DNA of 64,000 bases from Azolla caroliniana (lineage: Eukaryota > Plantae > Polypodiophyta), in NCBI GenBank assembly GCA_043228905.1, contig JBHGNT010000004.1, positions 21,390,001 through 21,454,000 of the forward strand, given 5' to 3'. Of this stretch, positions 37,111 to 50,600 are shown in pieces. The stretch's first letter is position 1. Every line of letters begins with the position of its first letter. Made by a program: the position numbers and the translations under genes. The notes under the pieces are model-generated. The model was given only the letters and a program-made list of their open reading frames with translations, had not been told where the DNA came from and made no database searches.

Positions 37111-39185
37111 CAAATTGCTTGCCAATTCTCGGCATAGTTTTCGGATGCGCGACACCGGACTTGGCGATGCTTTGGTGGATGTGTACATTAAGTTCCTGAA
37201 CCTGGAGATACGGCACATCTCCGGGAAGGACAACACCATGACCGATATGCTTTTGAGAGCACGGTTCAATTATGAGGATGGCATGGTTTCGGAAGATGAA
37301 GAGGTCGGCGTGGATTTCTTCGAGTCGGCCCGACTGAGAGCAAATAGACACAACACTCCAGCCCTAAACCAATTCGACGAGGACGACTACGAGGGGGAGT
37401 GGCTGCTAATGGGGAGGTTCTTGAGCACGATGGCACCAGATGCAACATGGTCAAAGGATGAAGTAAGCCGGATCTGGAAGAAGGCTTACCGGTTCTTCTT
37501 GTGGAACGGCAAGATATGGCGGCATCTGAAGAAGCGGACCGGCGCGCCACTCCGGGTGGTGGCAAGGAAGGAGGAACAATCGACACTCCTGTTGGAATTC
37601 CACGACGGCCCCTAGTCCGGGCATCGAGGAACGTGGGCCACCTTCGAGAAGCTAAAGGAAAGGTATTGGTGGCCGGGAATGTATTGCGACGTGCATCATT
37701 TTGTAACGACGTGCGAGAGTTGTCAGATGCATTCCGGAATCCGGCACCGCGATGAACTGTGGCCGACCTACTCGCCAACCATACACTTCAAGTGGATGGT
37801 CGACTTGGTGATGATGCTGATCGGGGTAGGGCAAATGTGATACCTGGTTCTTGCACACGAGGATCTAACGAACCAAGTGGAAGGCCGAGCGCTAACGAAT
37901 AAGACTACCACAACTGTGTGTCGGTTCCTAGTTGAGGAAGTGGTTTGCCGGTACGGGTAGGTAGGGAAAATCGTGGTCGATCGAGGAGAGTTGGATGCGC
38001 AAGAAGCCGAAGAGTTGTGTGAATGGTTGGGGGCGTAGATTTCTCTCGCTACGGCGTACAATCTGGAAGCTAACGGAAAGGTAGAGCGCGGGCATGGGCC
38101 GATTATGAAGGCGCTAGTACGGGCATGCGGGGGACGAGTCCAAAATTGGCCGCGGCTTTTTCCTTATGCTTTATGGGCGAACCGAACTATGCACAGTTCG
38201 ATAACCGGGTACATGCCGACAGAGCTTATGTTCGGGCAGAAGCCAATCATGCTGGTGGAGCGGATGATTTCCTCCTGGACCGCGATCGACTGGTCAGAGG
38301 AGATGAGCACAGAAGAGTTGTTGGCCGCACAAATCTGCCAACTCGAGTGGAGGCCAGAGGATGTTGAACGAGCAAAGGCAAAGTTGTACACCACACGGGA
38401 AAGGAACAAGGGCCGGTTCGACTGGACACACCGGCTACGACCAAGGAAGATAGAGGAAGGAAACTGGGTGCTGGCCTACGAAGCAGCATCAACAATCAGC
38501 ATAGGGCTACACGGAAATTTGCGCAGAGATGGTTCGGTCCCTATGTGGTGACAAGCGCGAATGACAATGCCACGTACCACATTGCGGAGCTCGACGGGAT
38601 GAGGATAACGATACCGGTTGTGGGAAAGCGGATAAGGGCCTTCAAGAAGCAGCACGAAACAGAACCGGACTTGGAGATCGGGGGCGAGGACGGCGAACCA
38701 GAGGAGCCAGACTAGGATCAGGAGGTCGGCGGATCGGAGGAGGAAGAATAATCGAACAACCGGAATCCCCATCTCTCTCTCTCTCTCTCTCTCTTGGCAC
38801 ATACCGGTGGATGTGCGGTTTGGTGGGGGTGGATGTCGTGGGAAGTTTTGGCTACAAAGTGAAACAAAGCCGGATGCGCCCGAACGAGTGCTTATACGGG
38901 TGAAGACCAACATTGAGTCTCTATGTATGAACACATGTAAATAACGAAGGACTAGAAAATAGGATTTAATGGCTACTTTAAGGTCCCGCACGGATAGAGA
39001 AGAAGGTAGGGAGTCTGATGCAAGGAGATCGAGGAAATCTTTGTTTGAAGCATCTGACTTAATTACCTGATGTGACCGCCCTCTCTCTCCTTGGTCTATA
39101 AAAGGAGGGAGAGAGGACTGAACAGGGATCGATGTTTTTGGGAGGACGAGGTGCTGCCGGTTTGAGTGCCAAGCTCTCTCTCTCT

Positions 39186-40989
39186 ATAGTACTATTATGG
39201 AGCAAAAGATAAGCACATGGGCAAAGAGTACACGCAAAAGAGCACTTGGGCAAGCCAGATTTAGACCAAAACACTCCACCGTGGATCCTTTGGTCACATT
39301 AAGAGTAATCATGGAAGAGAGTCGACTACAAGGAAAAACACTTTATTGTTGTTTTGTTGATTTCAAGAAAGCATTTGATACCGTACCACGAAGTGAGCTT
39401 TGGAATAGAATGGTAGACATTGACATGCCATTAGAGTACCAAGTTGTGGTTGCACGCCTATATGAACAAGTTAAATGCCAACTAAAAATGGATAGTGGAT
39501 TCTCAAAGAGCTTTTTAAGTAACATGGGGGTCAAGCAAGGATGTCCACTATCACCCACACTCTTTGGCTTATGTATTGATAAATTAGAAGAAGTGGTGAA
39601 TAAGGTTGCAAGAGAAGAAGGATTGAATGGCCCCAATTTGATGCAACATGTTATCTTATTGCTTCTATATGTAGATGATGTGGTACTCTTCTCATATGAT
39701 GTTGATAGTATGCAACATTTACTTGGGGTATTAGAAGAATTTTGCCATAGTAGTGGACTAGCAGTGAATGTAGAGAAAACAAAAATGATGACAGTGCAAA
39801 CCATCCAACCTCATCATTACCCTATGCTCACATATAAAGGTGAACATATAAAATTTGTTCAAAGCTTTAAATATCTTGGTATTGATGTACCCACCACAAA
39901 TAAATGGAGTGCATGCTTTGATTCTAGACTCCAAGCCGGTTGGAAATCATATTACCTTTTGGAGAACCAATGCAACCAAAGTGATACTTGTGGATGGGAA
40001 GTAAAATTAATGTTGTTCAATGCCATGGTAACTCAAGTATTGCTTTATGGAGTAGAAGTATGGGGTGGCACCATCTCTCTTAATGCATGGAACGAGATTG
40101 AGAAAATTCAAAAGATGTTTTTAAGGAGGCAATTAGGAGTTAAATGCACTACCTCTTACCAGGTTATGCTCTTGGAAACGGGTGTTTGACCCATAGAACT
40201 ATTGGCACTCCAAAGAGTATATAAATACATTACAAAAGTCAAGAATATGCCGAATCATCGATTACCACACCTTTCTTGGAATGTTGGATGTAAGCTACAA
40301 AAGAATCATAAAAGTAAGATTCTCTCATCTGGTTGGGTTGTTGACATAAAGAATTGGTTTAGAAGATGGGGCGTGGATGATCTTTTAGAGCTTTTAGGCA
40401 ATGCTATGCAATATGTAATGATTGAGGAAAGGTTGGTGGAATCATTAAGGATGAAGTGGGAGGATGCTAAGAGGACAAAGCTAGAATACTACATTGCAAA
40501 TGTCAACCCTGAATGTTGGTCTCAATATAAAGCAAGAATGTCTATTGATCGTATCCAACCTTATCTCATTACCAATATGAGTAGCAATGCTCGTAGAGCC
40601 CTTACACTACTTCACACTCGATCTCACAAGTTAGGTATTGAAGTTCCATCATGGTATCAAAATGTAACGAATTTGAAGACATGTAAAGTATGCAATGAAG
40701 GCATGGTAGAGGATGAATGTCACTTGCTCTTCACATGCTCGACATATAGTGCAATTCGTTCAAGATATGTTGACATACTATGAGGGAGTGATAACTTAAG
40801 ATCCATACTTAAGACACCACCTAGAAAGTTGAGCTCATATGTGTATGCTTTATTAACACATAGAGACTTTGTGCTTCAACATATGAATACCTCTTCTTAG
40901 GAAGGAGACATATATCAAGAACACATGTATACTCTGGTCCCATAGGTCAAAATTGGCCTCTTTATGGACGATAAAAATTCTAATTCTAA
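39186..40989 (+). mobile_element. 5'-truncated RTE-like LINE inserted in the (CT)n tract of the A 3' LTR
   Basis: RT ORF 39197-40189 (FVDFKKAFD, GVKQGCPLSP, YVDD, FKYLG) continuing 40202-40783 with CKVC..EDECHLLFTC; tail aattctaattctaa; (CT)n both sides. Confidence 0.88.
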
Positions 40990-41501
40990 CTCTCTCTCTC
41001 TCTCTCTCTCTCTGTCTTGTGCCCGGTTTTGGAAGGGAACCTCTGCTTGTGCAGGAAGCCCATGAGCTCCCGACCAGAGGTTCTTCATTTTGTTTCTTTA
41101 TGTGTGTGAGCGTGTGCGAGTGTCTCTCGTGAGCGCTTCACTTTGTCACCGGCCGCGCCTGGTTGTATTCCTTGGTTCTTTGTTAATCACTTATCGATTG
41201 AGCTCCCTCTTGTGTTGGGGTTTCTGTGTTGTTCTTACTTGTTTCGTGTTAACCGTGCCCGAGCTCATGTCTTAAGTCCCGTTTCCGACCCTTGTTGCGT
41301 GCATGTCCGAGTCTGCTAGCCCGTGCGTCTGCCGCTGCTTCTCGGTTTCCCGACCGGGCTTGAACCGGCATAGCTATACGGACCAATCCGGAGAAGCTAA
41401 CTGAACCGTAACACAAGCCTCCCTTCTTCCTTTTCAACTCCTTGGTCTGAGACCCTCGCGGTCCCACCCGCTCTAACATGTGCACGCGGAATACTGCGAC
41501 A

Positions 41502-42312
41502 ACGAACAACAGAAAACAGAAATACAAAGAAACAAGATATTTTACGTGGAAACCCTGAAAATGGGAAAACCACGGGAGCCAACACACTTTGAACTGAATC
41601 AGTATATCGAGAGGAAATATACAAAAGACTCTAATGCAACAACCTTGAGCTTCTCTTCGTCTAACAGACGTCGGTAGAGTTACAACTCTCTCTCTCTCTC
41701 TCTCTCTCTCTGACTCTCTAGTTATAGAGGCAACAACCCACAATAACTATACAACAATAATCAAATTCAACTTCAACTAAACATAATAGTTGCCCTAGGT
41801 AGATTTATACTAATACAATATTTAAGGCTATTTAAAAATATAGCCCACAAGGGCACATTAAATCTATTTACAGATATAGCCTCGAGTCGGCTTCGACCAG
41901 CCGAATGGATTCGGATTCGATTTTTTGGCGGAGGCACTCGTGCTCCTCTTCCCATCCGGAGGAACCTATTTCCTAACAAACTCCCCCTTCACTCCGACAT
42001 GGGGTGTTTCGTCAATCTGACCCTTCGTCGGCACATGTTGAGCTCTTCTGATGATAACACCTTCGTCATCATGTCGGACCTGTTCTCCGATGTGTGTACC
42101 TTCACTAGAGCAAATTCCTTCTCTTCTACCAGCTCCCTGAGCCAATGGTATCTCCTTTGGATATGCTTGGTTCTCGAGTGGTAGGCGACATTCTTCGCAA
42201 GTTGGATGGCACTTTGGTTGTCGCAATAGAGTCAGAATTCCTCCTGTCGAATCCCATACTCTCTGATGAACTCCTTCATCCACACTTTTTCCTTGCCAAC
42301 TTTTGCAGTAGC
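41502..42312 (-). mobile_element. Element F: 3' end of a Ty1/copia (RNase H C-terminus, PPT 41981-41992, 3' LTR 41502-41978)
   Basis: Minus strand: DNQSAIQLAKNVAYHSRTKHIQRRYHWLRE, KVHTSENRSDMMTK; gaagggggag-tt-TGTTAGGA. Confidence 0.85.
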
Positions 42313-42418
42313 TGTCAAGAAAAGTACTAAAACATAGAGAGAATTAGTACTAGAGAAGGGAAGTACTATTATTACTAAGAGGACGGACTGTGTAAGACTC
42401 ACGAGAGAGAGATAGCGA

Positions 42419-42464
<46 letters not shown>

Positions 42465-45400
42465 GATCATAACACATGATATATTATGTGAAGAGTAAGT
42501 ACAAATAACTATGAGGCTTAAGACTGGCGTTGAACCAATTTGGTTCGAAATAATGCCTTGTGCCTCTTTTTATAGTGTTCTCAGGGATAGTCCTGAAGCT
42601 TCTAGAATGTTTTAGAGAAATCTGGAATATATAATAATTTTCTATAGTAAAACTTAAATGAAAATAATATCCTACGTATTACAATAGATAATGTAATGGT
42701 TAAGAGCTCGACCCATATAACATACATATTACAATAGATAATGTAATGGTCAAGAGCTCGACCCATATAACATAAGGTTATGGGTTCGAGTCTTGCCATA
42801 TCCTCACACTATCCCCCCTTAAGATGACGAGTGTCACGAGTCGGCGCTGATTGTGGACTGAGTTTGTCCTGCCGGAAATAAGCAAGAAGATCCTGAGCAT
42901 TGGCGACATGCTCGACGGGTTCCCAAGTACGTTTACTCGGACTATAACCGAGCCAATCGACCAAATAATAAAGTTTGTTGCGAACAAACTTGGAGTCGAG
43001 GACGACAACAACTTCATACTCCGGGCCGATGTTCAAGTCAAGCGGGGGCAGTGGTGGTGTAACACAATCGGGAATAATGTTGGCCTGATAAGGTTCGAGA
43101 AGAGAACTATGGAAAACCGGATGTATATGAAGGTGCAAAGGAAGATCAAGGCAGAACGTGAGATCATTAATCTTGCTGGTAATACGGAAAGGACCAAGTC
43201 ATCGATAATCCAATTTGTCGTACGGTCGAGTTGTCTTGATGTGACGACGTAAGAGCCATACTCGATCTCCGATGGCAAAAGAGGAGGGAAGCCGATGACG
43301 ATCTGCATAAGTCTTCTGAGTGTGTTGAGCATGACAAAGATGAGTAGATAGATCCGTCTGAATCTAGCGTAGCCTCTCTAGATGATCCTCGGCACGAGGA
43401 TTGGTAGGTAGCTCCGGAGTGTCGATCGTAGACCAACGAGGATGAGAATTGGTATAAGCGTAAAATGGTGAGACTCGAGTCGAGGAGTGAATAGTGTTGT
43501 TATACACAAACTCTGCAAAGTGGAGAATATCAGCCCAATCGTCTTGTTGATAACTTAGAAAACACCAAAGATATTGTTCCAGCGTTTGATTCGTTCGTTC
43601 CGCTTGCTCATCAGTTTGGGGATGGTAGCCGGAGGAGAGGTTGCAAGAGACCTTGAGCATCTTGAAGAGATGGTTCTAAAATTTGGAGACGAATTGAGGT
43701 CCTCGGTCACTGATGATAATGTCTGGGAGGCCATGATGCCGAAACACCTCACGCATGACAAGGGTTGCGGTTTCCTCACTAGTGATGGCCTTAGTACAAG
43801 GCACAAAATGTGCCATCTTAGTATATCGATCAACGACGGTTAAGATAGCATCGAAACCCTTCGAGACTGGAAGATCTATGATAAAGTCAAGACAAATGGA
43901 CTGCCATAGCTTACTTGGAATTGGTAAGGATTCCAAAAAGCCATATGGATGATGTTGTGGCCTCTTTGCTCGGCAACAAGCATCACAGGTCCGAACATAG
44001 TCGTCGACAAAACGTCGCATATGGGGCCACCAAAAGGATCATCGAACTAGATCCAACATCTTAGTACTACCGAAATGTCCAACTGTATGGGTGTCATGAC
44101 AATTTTGGATGATTTGAAGGTGACAGGAGCAATTAGGAACATACACGAGCTTTTTAAAGAATAATAAACCATCATGATATTCGAATTGTCGGTAGTCCAT
44201 ACTTGGTTGTTGAGACTGGGAACAGGATGCACGAGAGGCATTAATTTGCGTTAGAATGGCTTGAGCAAAACTATCTATCTTCAAGTTGGCATGTATGGCA
44301 TCGATAATCCGGGAATCCAGTGCAGTGTGAAAATTCCGCGTTGTGTGCAAACGTGTTGATCCCAAGATTACCTGCTTTTGATTATCAAATGCTGGATCAC
44401 CTGGACGAGGTGCAAGATATGAACGTCGCGATAGTGCATTTGCTTTTCCTTGCTGCTTCCCAGGCCGATATGTGATTTTGAAGTCAAAACGCATGAGGAA
44501 TTGGGCCCACCGAGCTTGCCGTCGATTTAGTACACGAGCGTTTTGGAAGTAAGCAAGATTTTTGTGATCACTGAAGACAATGACCCGATGAGGAGAGCTG
44601 TCTAAGAAGTGCCACCATTGCACAAATGAATCCACGATGGCTAATAACTCCCTATCATGTATCTCGTAGTTAATTTCTGCAGCATCAAATTTGCGGGAGT
44701 GGAAAGCCACAAGATGTAACTTTTCTTTATCTCCTTGTTGTGAAAGGATGCTACTGAGGGCGAAATCCGATGCATCAGCCTCCATGATGAATGGTTTGTT
44801 TGTATCCACATGAGCTAGAATAGGATCTGATGTAAAGGCATGCTTAAGATGCATAAAAGCCATGTCCGCTTCATTGGACCAAAGAAATGATTGTCCCTTC
44901 TTAGTAAGCTATGTCAGAGGTAAAATAATCTTTGAGTAATCTAGTATAAACTTGTGGTAGAAGTTAGCAAATCCTAGGAAACATTGCACATCTTGTAACG
45001 AACGTGGAGTTTGACACTCTAGCATAGTTTGGACTTTAGCTGGATCCATGGAGATGCCTTTCGAGGAGATGACATAGCCTAGAAATTCCACTTGCTTGGA
45101 GTCAAAGCTACATTTTTCTAGTTTGGCATGAAGACCATGCTCTCAGAGTCGTTTTAGTACTAATAGTACATGAGAATCATGCTCCTCTTGGGTCTTCGAA
45201 TAAATCAATAGATCATCTAGATAGATGATCAAACAGATATCCAAGAGATCTCTGAATATATCATTTGCCATGTGCTGGAAGATTGCGGGTGCATTGGTTA
45301 GACCGAACGGCATAACTGTATACTCGAAGTGCCCATATCGGGTGCGAAAAGCGGTCTTCCATTCGTCTCCCGGTCGGATCCGCACGAGGTTATATGCTCC

Positions 45401-45875
45401 TCGTAAGTCGATTTTTGTAAAAAACTTGGCACCATTTACACGTTCCAATAGACTTGATATAAGGGGAAATGCATACCTATTCCGAATGGTGACCTTATTC
45501 AAGCCACGGTAATCAACGATGAGACGAAGGGATCCATCTTTCTTTTTGACAAAGAAAATGGGTGCACCGGCCGGAGATTTCGAATGACGAATAAACCCGC
45601 TTGCCAAATTCTCTTCTATGTAGGCTCAAAGGACTTCCATCTCAGTTGGTGACAAGTTGTAAATCGGTCCCCACGGTGGCTCTGTTCTTGGTTGTAAATC
45701 GATGGGACAATCATAGGGACGATGATGAGGAAGAGTACCAGCTGTGACCTTGTCAAATACATCGGCATAAGGATGATATTTTGCGGGAAGTTGAACTAAG
45801 GATTCCTTTTTAATAGTGCTGGAAGGATGTACTGATATTGCAAATAGAGACATTGACTCCTTGGGTCCTTCTTCA
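42313..45875 (-). mobile_element. Element E: decayed chromovirus (Tcn1-like) Ty3/gypsy, RT-RH-IN-chromodomain plus 3' LTR 42313-42808; 5' part beyond element C
   Basis: [42 protein letters not shown], chromodomain EYEV..YLVDWLGY..TWEP; PPT aaggggggatag 42820-42809; LTR holds a ~50-bp tandem duplication. Confidence 0.9.
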
Positions 45876-46344
45876 TGTTACCGATTAGGAACACAATCTA
45901 TGGTCAGTCCTTCGACCTAGACCTCAAAGTGACTGTGTGACAACGAATGGTAGCATCTGCGCGTAATACTTAGTGGGATACCTCCCGTAACCTGGCAGCG
46001 TATAAGGATGACGGCTACAACCGAGCTCCTTAGATAGTGGGCTAGCACACACACTGTTACTCACGTCTACGCTCTTACAACTGTGCTACGCCACCAAGGA
46101 TTACAAACACACAATAGATTAACATAAGATACGCACAGATATCAGAGAAGATAGAACTCTATTAAGATACGCCTTTTACATTCAAAATTACACGCTACCT
46201 CTATCAGAGGTTTTCTACCCTTTATATACGCAGGGTCTTTTAGCCGTTCATGCTTCCTGCGTGAACCGTTTACATGCGTTAATATATTACTCTATTCCAT
46301 ATTACTGTGCTCTTGTCCGTCGGTTACTATTCTGGCGGACAACA

Positions 46345-46385
46345 CCTGGCACGCTTGTGGGACAGTGCCATGGCACGTCGGACCC
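46345..46385 (-). promoter_or_regulatory. tRNA-3'-end-like cis element at the PPT position of C
   Basis: Minus strand GGGTCCGA-cgtgccatggcact-GTCCCACAAGCGTGCCA-gg then LTR TGTTG. Confidence 0.7.
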
Positions 46386-47246
46386 ACCCCTTTAATCTTC
46401 CTCCAAAATGGCCCTGATGTTTGGTTTTGCTACGGTGTCCATGTCCGGGAACGACGTAGGGCCCGTAGGCGCGTCGTTGTGTGGTTCCCCTGCTTGGTCG
46501 GGAGGGCTTCCCATGGTGTCGTTGTCGTCTTGTGTGGGCGGTCCGGGTTCTGCTGGCTCTTCTTGGGCTATTGGGGTTGGTTCAGTCGTCTGCGGGCTTG
46601 CGGTAGGTCGCGGCTTTGTTTCGTCTGTCACTTCCTCCATGATGTCGGCCGTCGTTGTATGCTATGGAGAGTGGGGTTGCGGTTCCTCTTGGTCTAGAAC
46701 GTTCTCCGTGATGTCGGCCGTAAGTGTATGCTCCGGTGGGTGGGGTTCCACTTGGTCTGTGGTTTCGCTGTCTGGTATTGCGGGGGACTCCGCGCACCGT
46801 TCCGTGATGTTCACCGTAGTGGTAATTTCTGGTGACATGGCCTGAGGTTCCTCTTGTTCGGCAGTATCCGGAATTGGTGTCGTGATGGATTCCTCGTTTG
46901 TTCGCGTGCTGCTAGCTTGCGTGATCTGGTGAAATAGGTCCTCCTGGCTTTCGCCAAAATCATCTAGTAGTTGCGCGAGTTTCTTGGAATGTTGGTCCGC
47001 TAGCGTGCGGTAGTCCTGCACTAGGTCCTCACGTACTGCCGCAATGCTTTCCTCATTGAGTTTGTAGAACCCTTGGCCGTCTTTCCTTCGGTTCTCCCAG
47101 TCCGCTCAATACGTATGCAATTCTGCTGCTTGTGCAACCCACGCCATCCATCCTTTGTCTAGTGCCGATTTTAATTGCACCGTAAACCTCTCTCGATTCG
47201 TTTGTAGAAGGATGCGCATGTTGTCTGTTATGGCTTGGCAACAGTT

Positions 47247-47618
47247 TGTTGAGCGGCAAGCTCAACCGGAGCTGGATTGGCTGAATAAGCCGGAGCCGGT
47301 AAGCGAGACGGATCGGGCGAAACGAATCGGGCGAAACGAATCGGGCGAAACGAATCGGGCGAAACGAATCGGTATGACGGTGAGCAACCGAACCGGCAAG
47401 CAGTGGAGGCCGGGTGCAATCCGTAACCGGAAGTCCAATCGGAAGCCTAGTATAGGATAGACTACTAGGTAGCTATAGTCTCGTAGTAAGTGTTAGATGC
47501 TCGTGTGAGCATTGAAGTACATGGTACTTCTGTCAGTCCCAAGAGGACTTGTATAAATAGTGGTACTTAGCACAGTGTGTAGATACAGAGTCTTGATATA
47601 ATTTTGAAATTGTGTTAT

Positions 47619-47680
<62 letters not shown>

Positions 47681-50600
47681 TGTGTGTTGTTCTCTGTTTT
47701 ACGCTTCCACAAACACTTACGTTTACATGGTATCAGAGCGCGAGGGTTGAGAACCTCTGCTGCAGACATTTACTCTTGAGAAGAAAACCCTAACAGGTCG
47801 AAAACAGACACATTAGAAGACATGGATAGAGGCATGGCTACGTCGCTCCCGGTGGAGAAGCTCGATAGGAGCAACTACGCATCTTGGTCTTACAAGATGC
47901 ACCAGTACCTGCTTGGACACGGGTACTGGAGTTATGTCGAAGGAGCGAATGATGCGGCGCCAGACTCGGCACACAAGGACTTCCCGGTATGGGAACAGGC
48001 GGCAAGCAGGGTGATGTACTGCTTCGCGTCCAGTGTCGGCGATCAACTGCTCAGCCACATCCGTGACGCCAAGACACCGAAGGATGCTTGGGGGAACCTG
48101 AAAAAGGTTTTCGTCGCAAGCACCACTGCCCGGAAGTTGCAACTCAGACAGGAGTTGAGCAATGTTCGACAGAAGAACATGTCCGTGGCAGACTACACGG
48201 GCCGGATAAAGGAGATCTGCGACTCGCTTGCCTCTATCAATGTTACCGTAGAGGAAGACGAGATGGTGCAGGTATGTCTCGGAGGCCTGGCGTCCAAGCT
48301 CGGAGCGTTCCGGACTGCGGTGTGTACAAGGGAGAATACCCCCTCATTCTTCGACTTACAGTCGATGCTCCTTGTAGAGGAGAACCACGCCGGTGCATCT
48401 AACAGTGCATCCCCGGACAGCCGAATGCTGTACACGGGAACGGATCGGCTCCGTGGGCGTGGTGGAAGAGGTGGGTCGGCACGCAATGGAGGCGGCCGGC
48501 AAGAGCAGGAACGGAGGCACTATGAGCGTGCCGACAGCAGTTCCGGGACTTCCACAATCAGGGGGAGTCAAGGCGATGCCGGAGGCCGGCAAGACAAATC
48601 CACTACGGAATGCTGGTACTGTGGCAAAAAAGGCCACAGGGAAAGCGAGTGCTAGAGAAAGCGTGCCGATTCGGACAAATCCGGATCCGCCAAGACCGGT
48701 AAGGATGGCCGGCAAAACTCGCACTACGCAAACGGATCAGGAGGATCCGGAACCGGAAAGGCCGGTAAGGGGCCAGCCTTGGTGATGAATCACAAGGCAA
48801 ACTCAATGAAGAAGACCACTTCCAAAACGGAGGAAGTGTGGTATGTTGATTCCGGCGCGTCGAACCACATGACGAGCCACAAAGAGTGGTTCTCCTTTCT
48901 GGAGAAACCGGATCAACCAGGAGTAGTCGAAACCGGAGACGACACTCCTCACCCAATCGTGCACGTCGGAGAAGTCCCTCTAAGCCACGTCGGACAGAAA
49001 GGGAAGCTGATGAACGTATTACACGTTCCGACAATCACGAAGAACCCGGTGTCCGTCAGTCAGATTGTCAACCAGGGGATGCAGGTGTGGTTTACGCACC
49101 TCGGGTGCTTCATTGAGGATGAGGGCGAAGTCATTGCGCAACGGCGCAGAGACGAGAGGATGTTTATCCTCGACACCAATGACTTTGGCACCGCTCTGTT
49201 CGCGAAACGACAGAAGGTCGAGTCGGACATCGACCTGTGGCACAAGCGGATAGGCCACGTCAACTACCGGAGGCTTCAAGACCTGCAAACGAAACAAGTC
49301 GTTTTCGGTTTGCCGAAGTTCAGCGGCCGGAGAGCCGAAATCTGTGAAGCCTACCAACTTGGGAAGCAACACCGTCTTCCATTCCCCACCGAACGGAACT
49401 GGAGCCGTAACAAGCTCGATCTCATCCATTCGGATGTGTGGGGACCGGCACAAAGTGTAAGCCTTGGCGGGAGCCGATACTTCGTCTCCTTCATCGACGA
49501 CTATACTCGACATACTTGGATCTACCTCATTGAGCGGAAGAGCGAAGTCTTCGACTGTTTCCGGAGCCTCCAGAAGATGGTGGAACGGGAATCGGAGAGG
49601 AAGATCAAATGCCTTCGGTCGGATGGCGGAAAGGAATATTTTTCCAGCCAATTCACTAGTTATCTGCAGCAGAAGGGAATTCGGCGAGAGTTCAGTTGCA
49701 GATACACACCGGAGCAAAACGGTGTGGCCGAAAGGAAGAACCGGACACTCGTCGAAGCGGCAAGGGCAATGTTGGAGGAGAAGAGCATGCCCCGGTTCTA
49801 CTGGGCGGAGGCGGTCCAGACGGCCGTCTACATACAAAACCGCATTGGTGACAAGGTGTCAGCTCATGAGTTGTATTTCGGGCGCAAGCCGAACTTAAGA
49901 CACCTTCGGATATTCAACAACATAGCGTATCTGCATGTGCCGGATTAGAAGCGGAGAAAGCTGGATGCAAAATCGGAAAAATGCATCCTAGTCGGCTATG
50001 CTCAAGAGCAAAAGGGGTATAAGTGCTATAACCCCCGGACGAAGGAAGTCTGAGTTAGCCAGGATGTCGAGTTCGACGAATCGGCATCCTGGTACTCCGT
50101 ACCGACTCCGACTTCCGATCCCGACCCAATGCCAGAAGATTAGGCCAGTGAGCCTGAATCAGCCCTGGTAGAGGATGATGAAGTCGAGACTCAAGATGAG
50201 AGTCCGGAATCGTTTCGGTTGAGTGGACCGAACGAGCGATTGAGTCGGTTGGACCAGTCGGATGAAGAGACGGCAAGTGGTGGAGACTCTGCCGTGCTCT
50301 CCCTGCGCAAGGAACCGAGGAAACGGTTCACGCGCAAAGAGAAGGGGAAGAGGAAGATGCCGGAATTCGAAACCGGCAATGATGAGTCGGATCAGTGCGT
50401 ATCTGACTCCGGAAAGGAGAAAGGCAGATCTTCGGCAACGAGGACCGAACTGGCCAAGAAGGGCCTCAAATTAGGTGACGGTGCGTTGCGCCGATCAACC
50501 CGTCAGAAGGATCCCGTCGTGCGGTACGGGTACAATGAATACATGGCGCATCATTATGCGTACATGATTAAGGTGACAGAAGTGCGTGAGCCGGAGAGCT

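Larger units (their letters stand above)
25161..41501 (+). mobile_element. Element A: degenerate Ty3/gypsy of the same family as D; 5' end lost; interrupted by element B and a LINE; 3' LTR 38834-41501
   Basis: gag, RT, RH and IN fragments colinear with D (SKREFMEWVE, KYKTV, MRTPLGLV, WFGPY); PPT ggtgggggtgga precedes TGTCG at 38834; LTR ends GCGACA at 41501. Confidence 0.85.

Noticed and set aside
48650-48660. Programmed stop readthrough after the Copia G zinc knuckle
   Set aside because: TAG sits where Trp is typical (ECW), lacks a CARYYA-type context, and the element has several other point stops.
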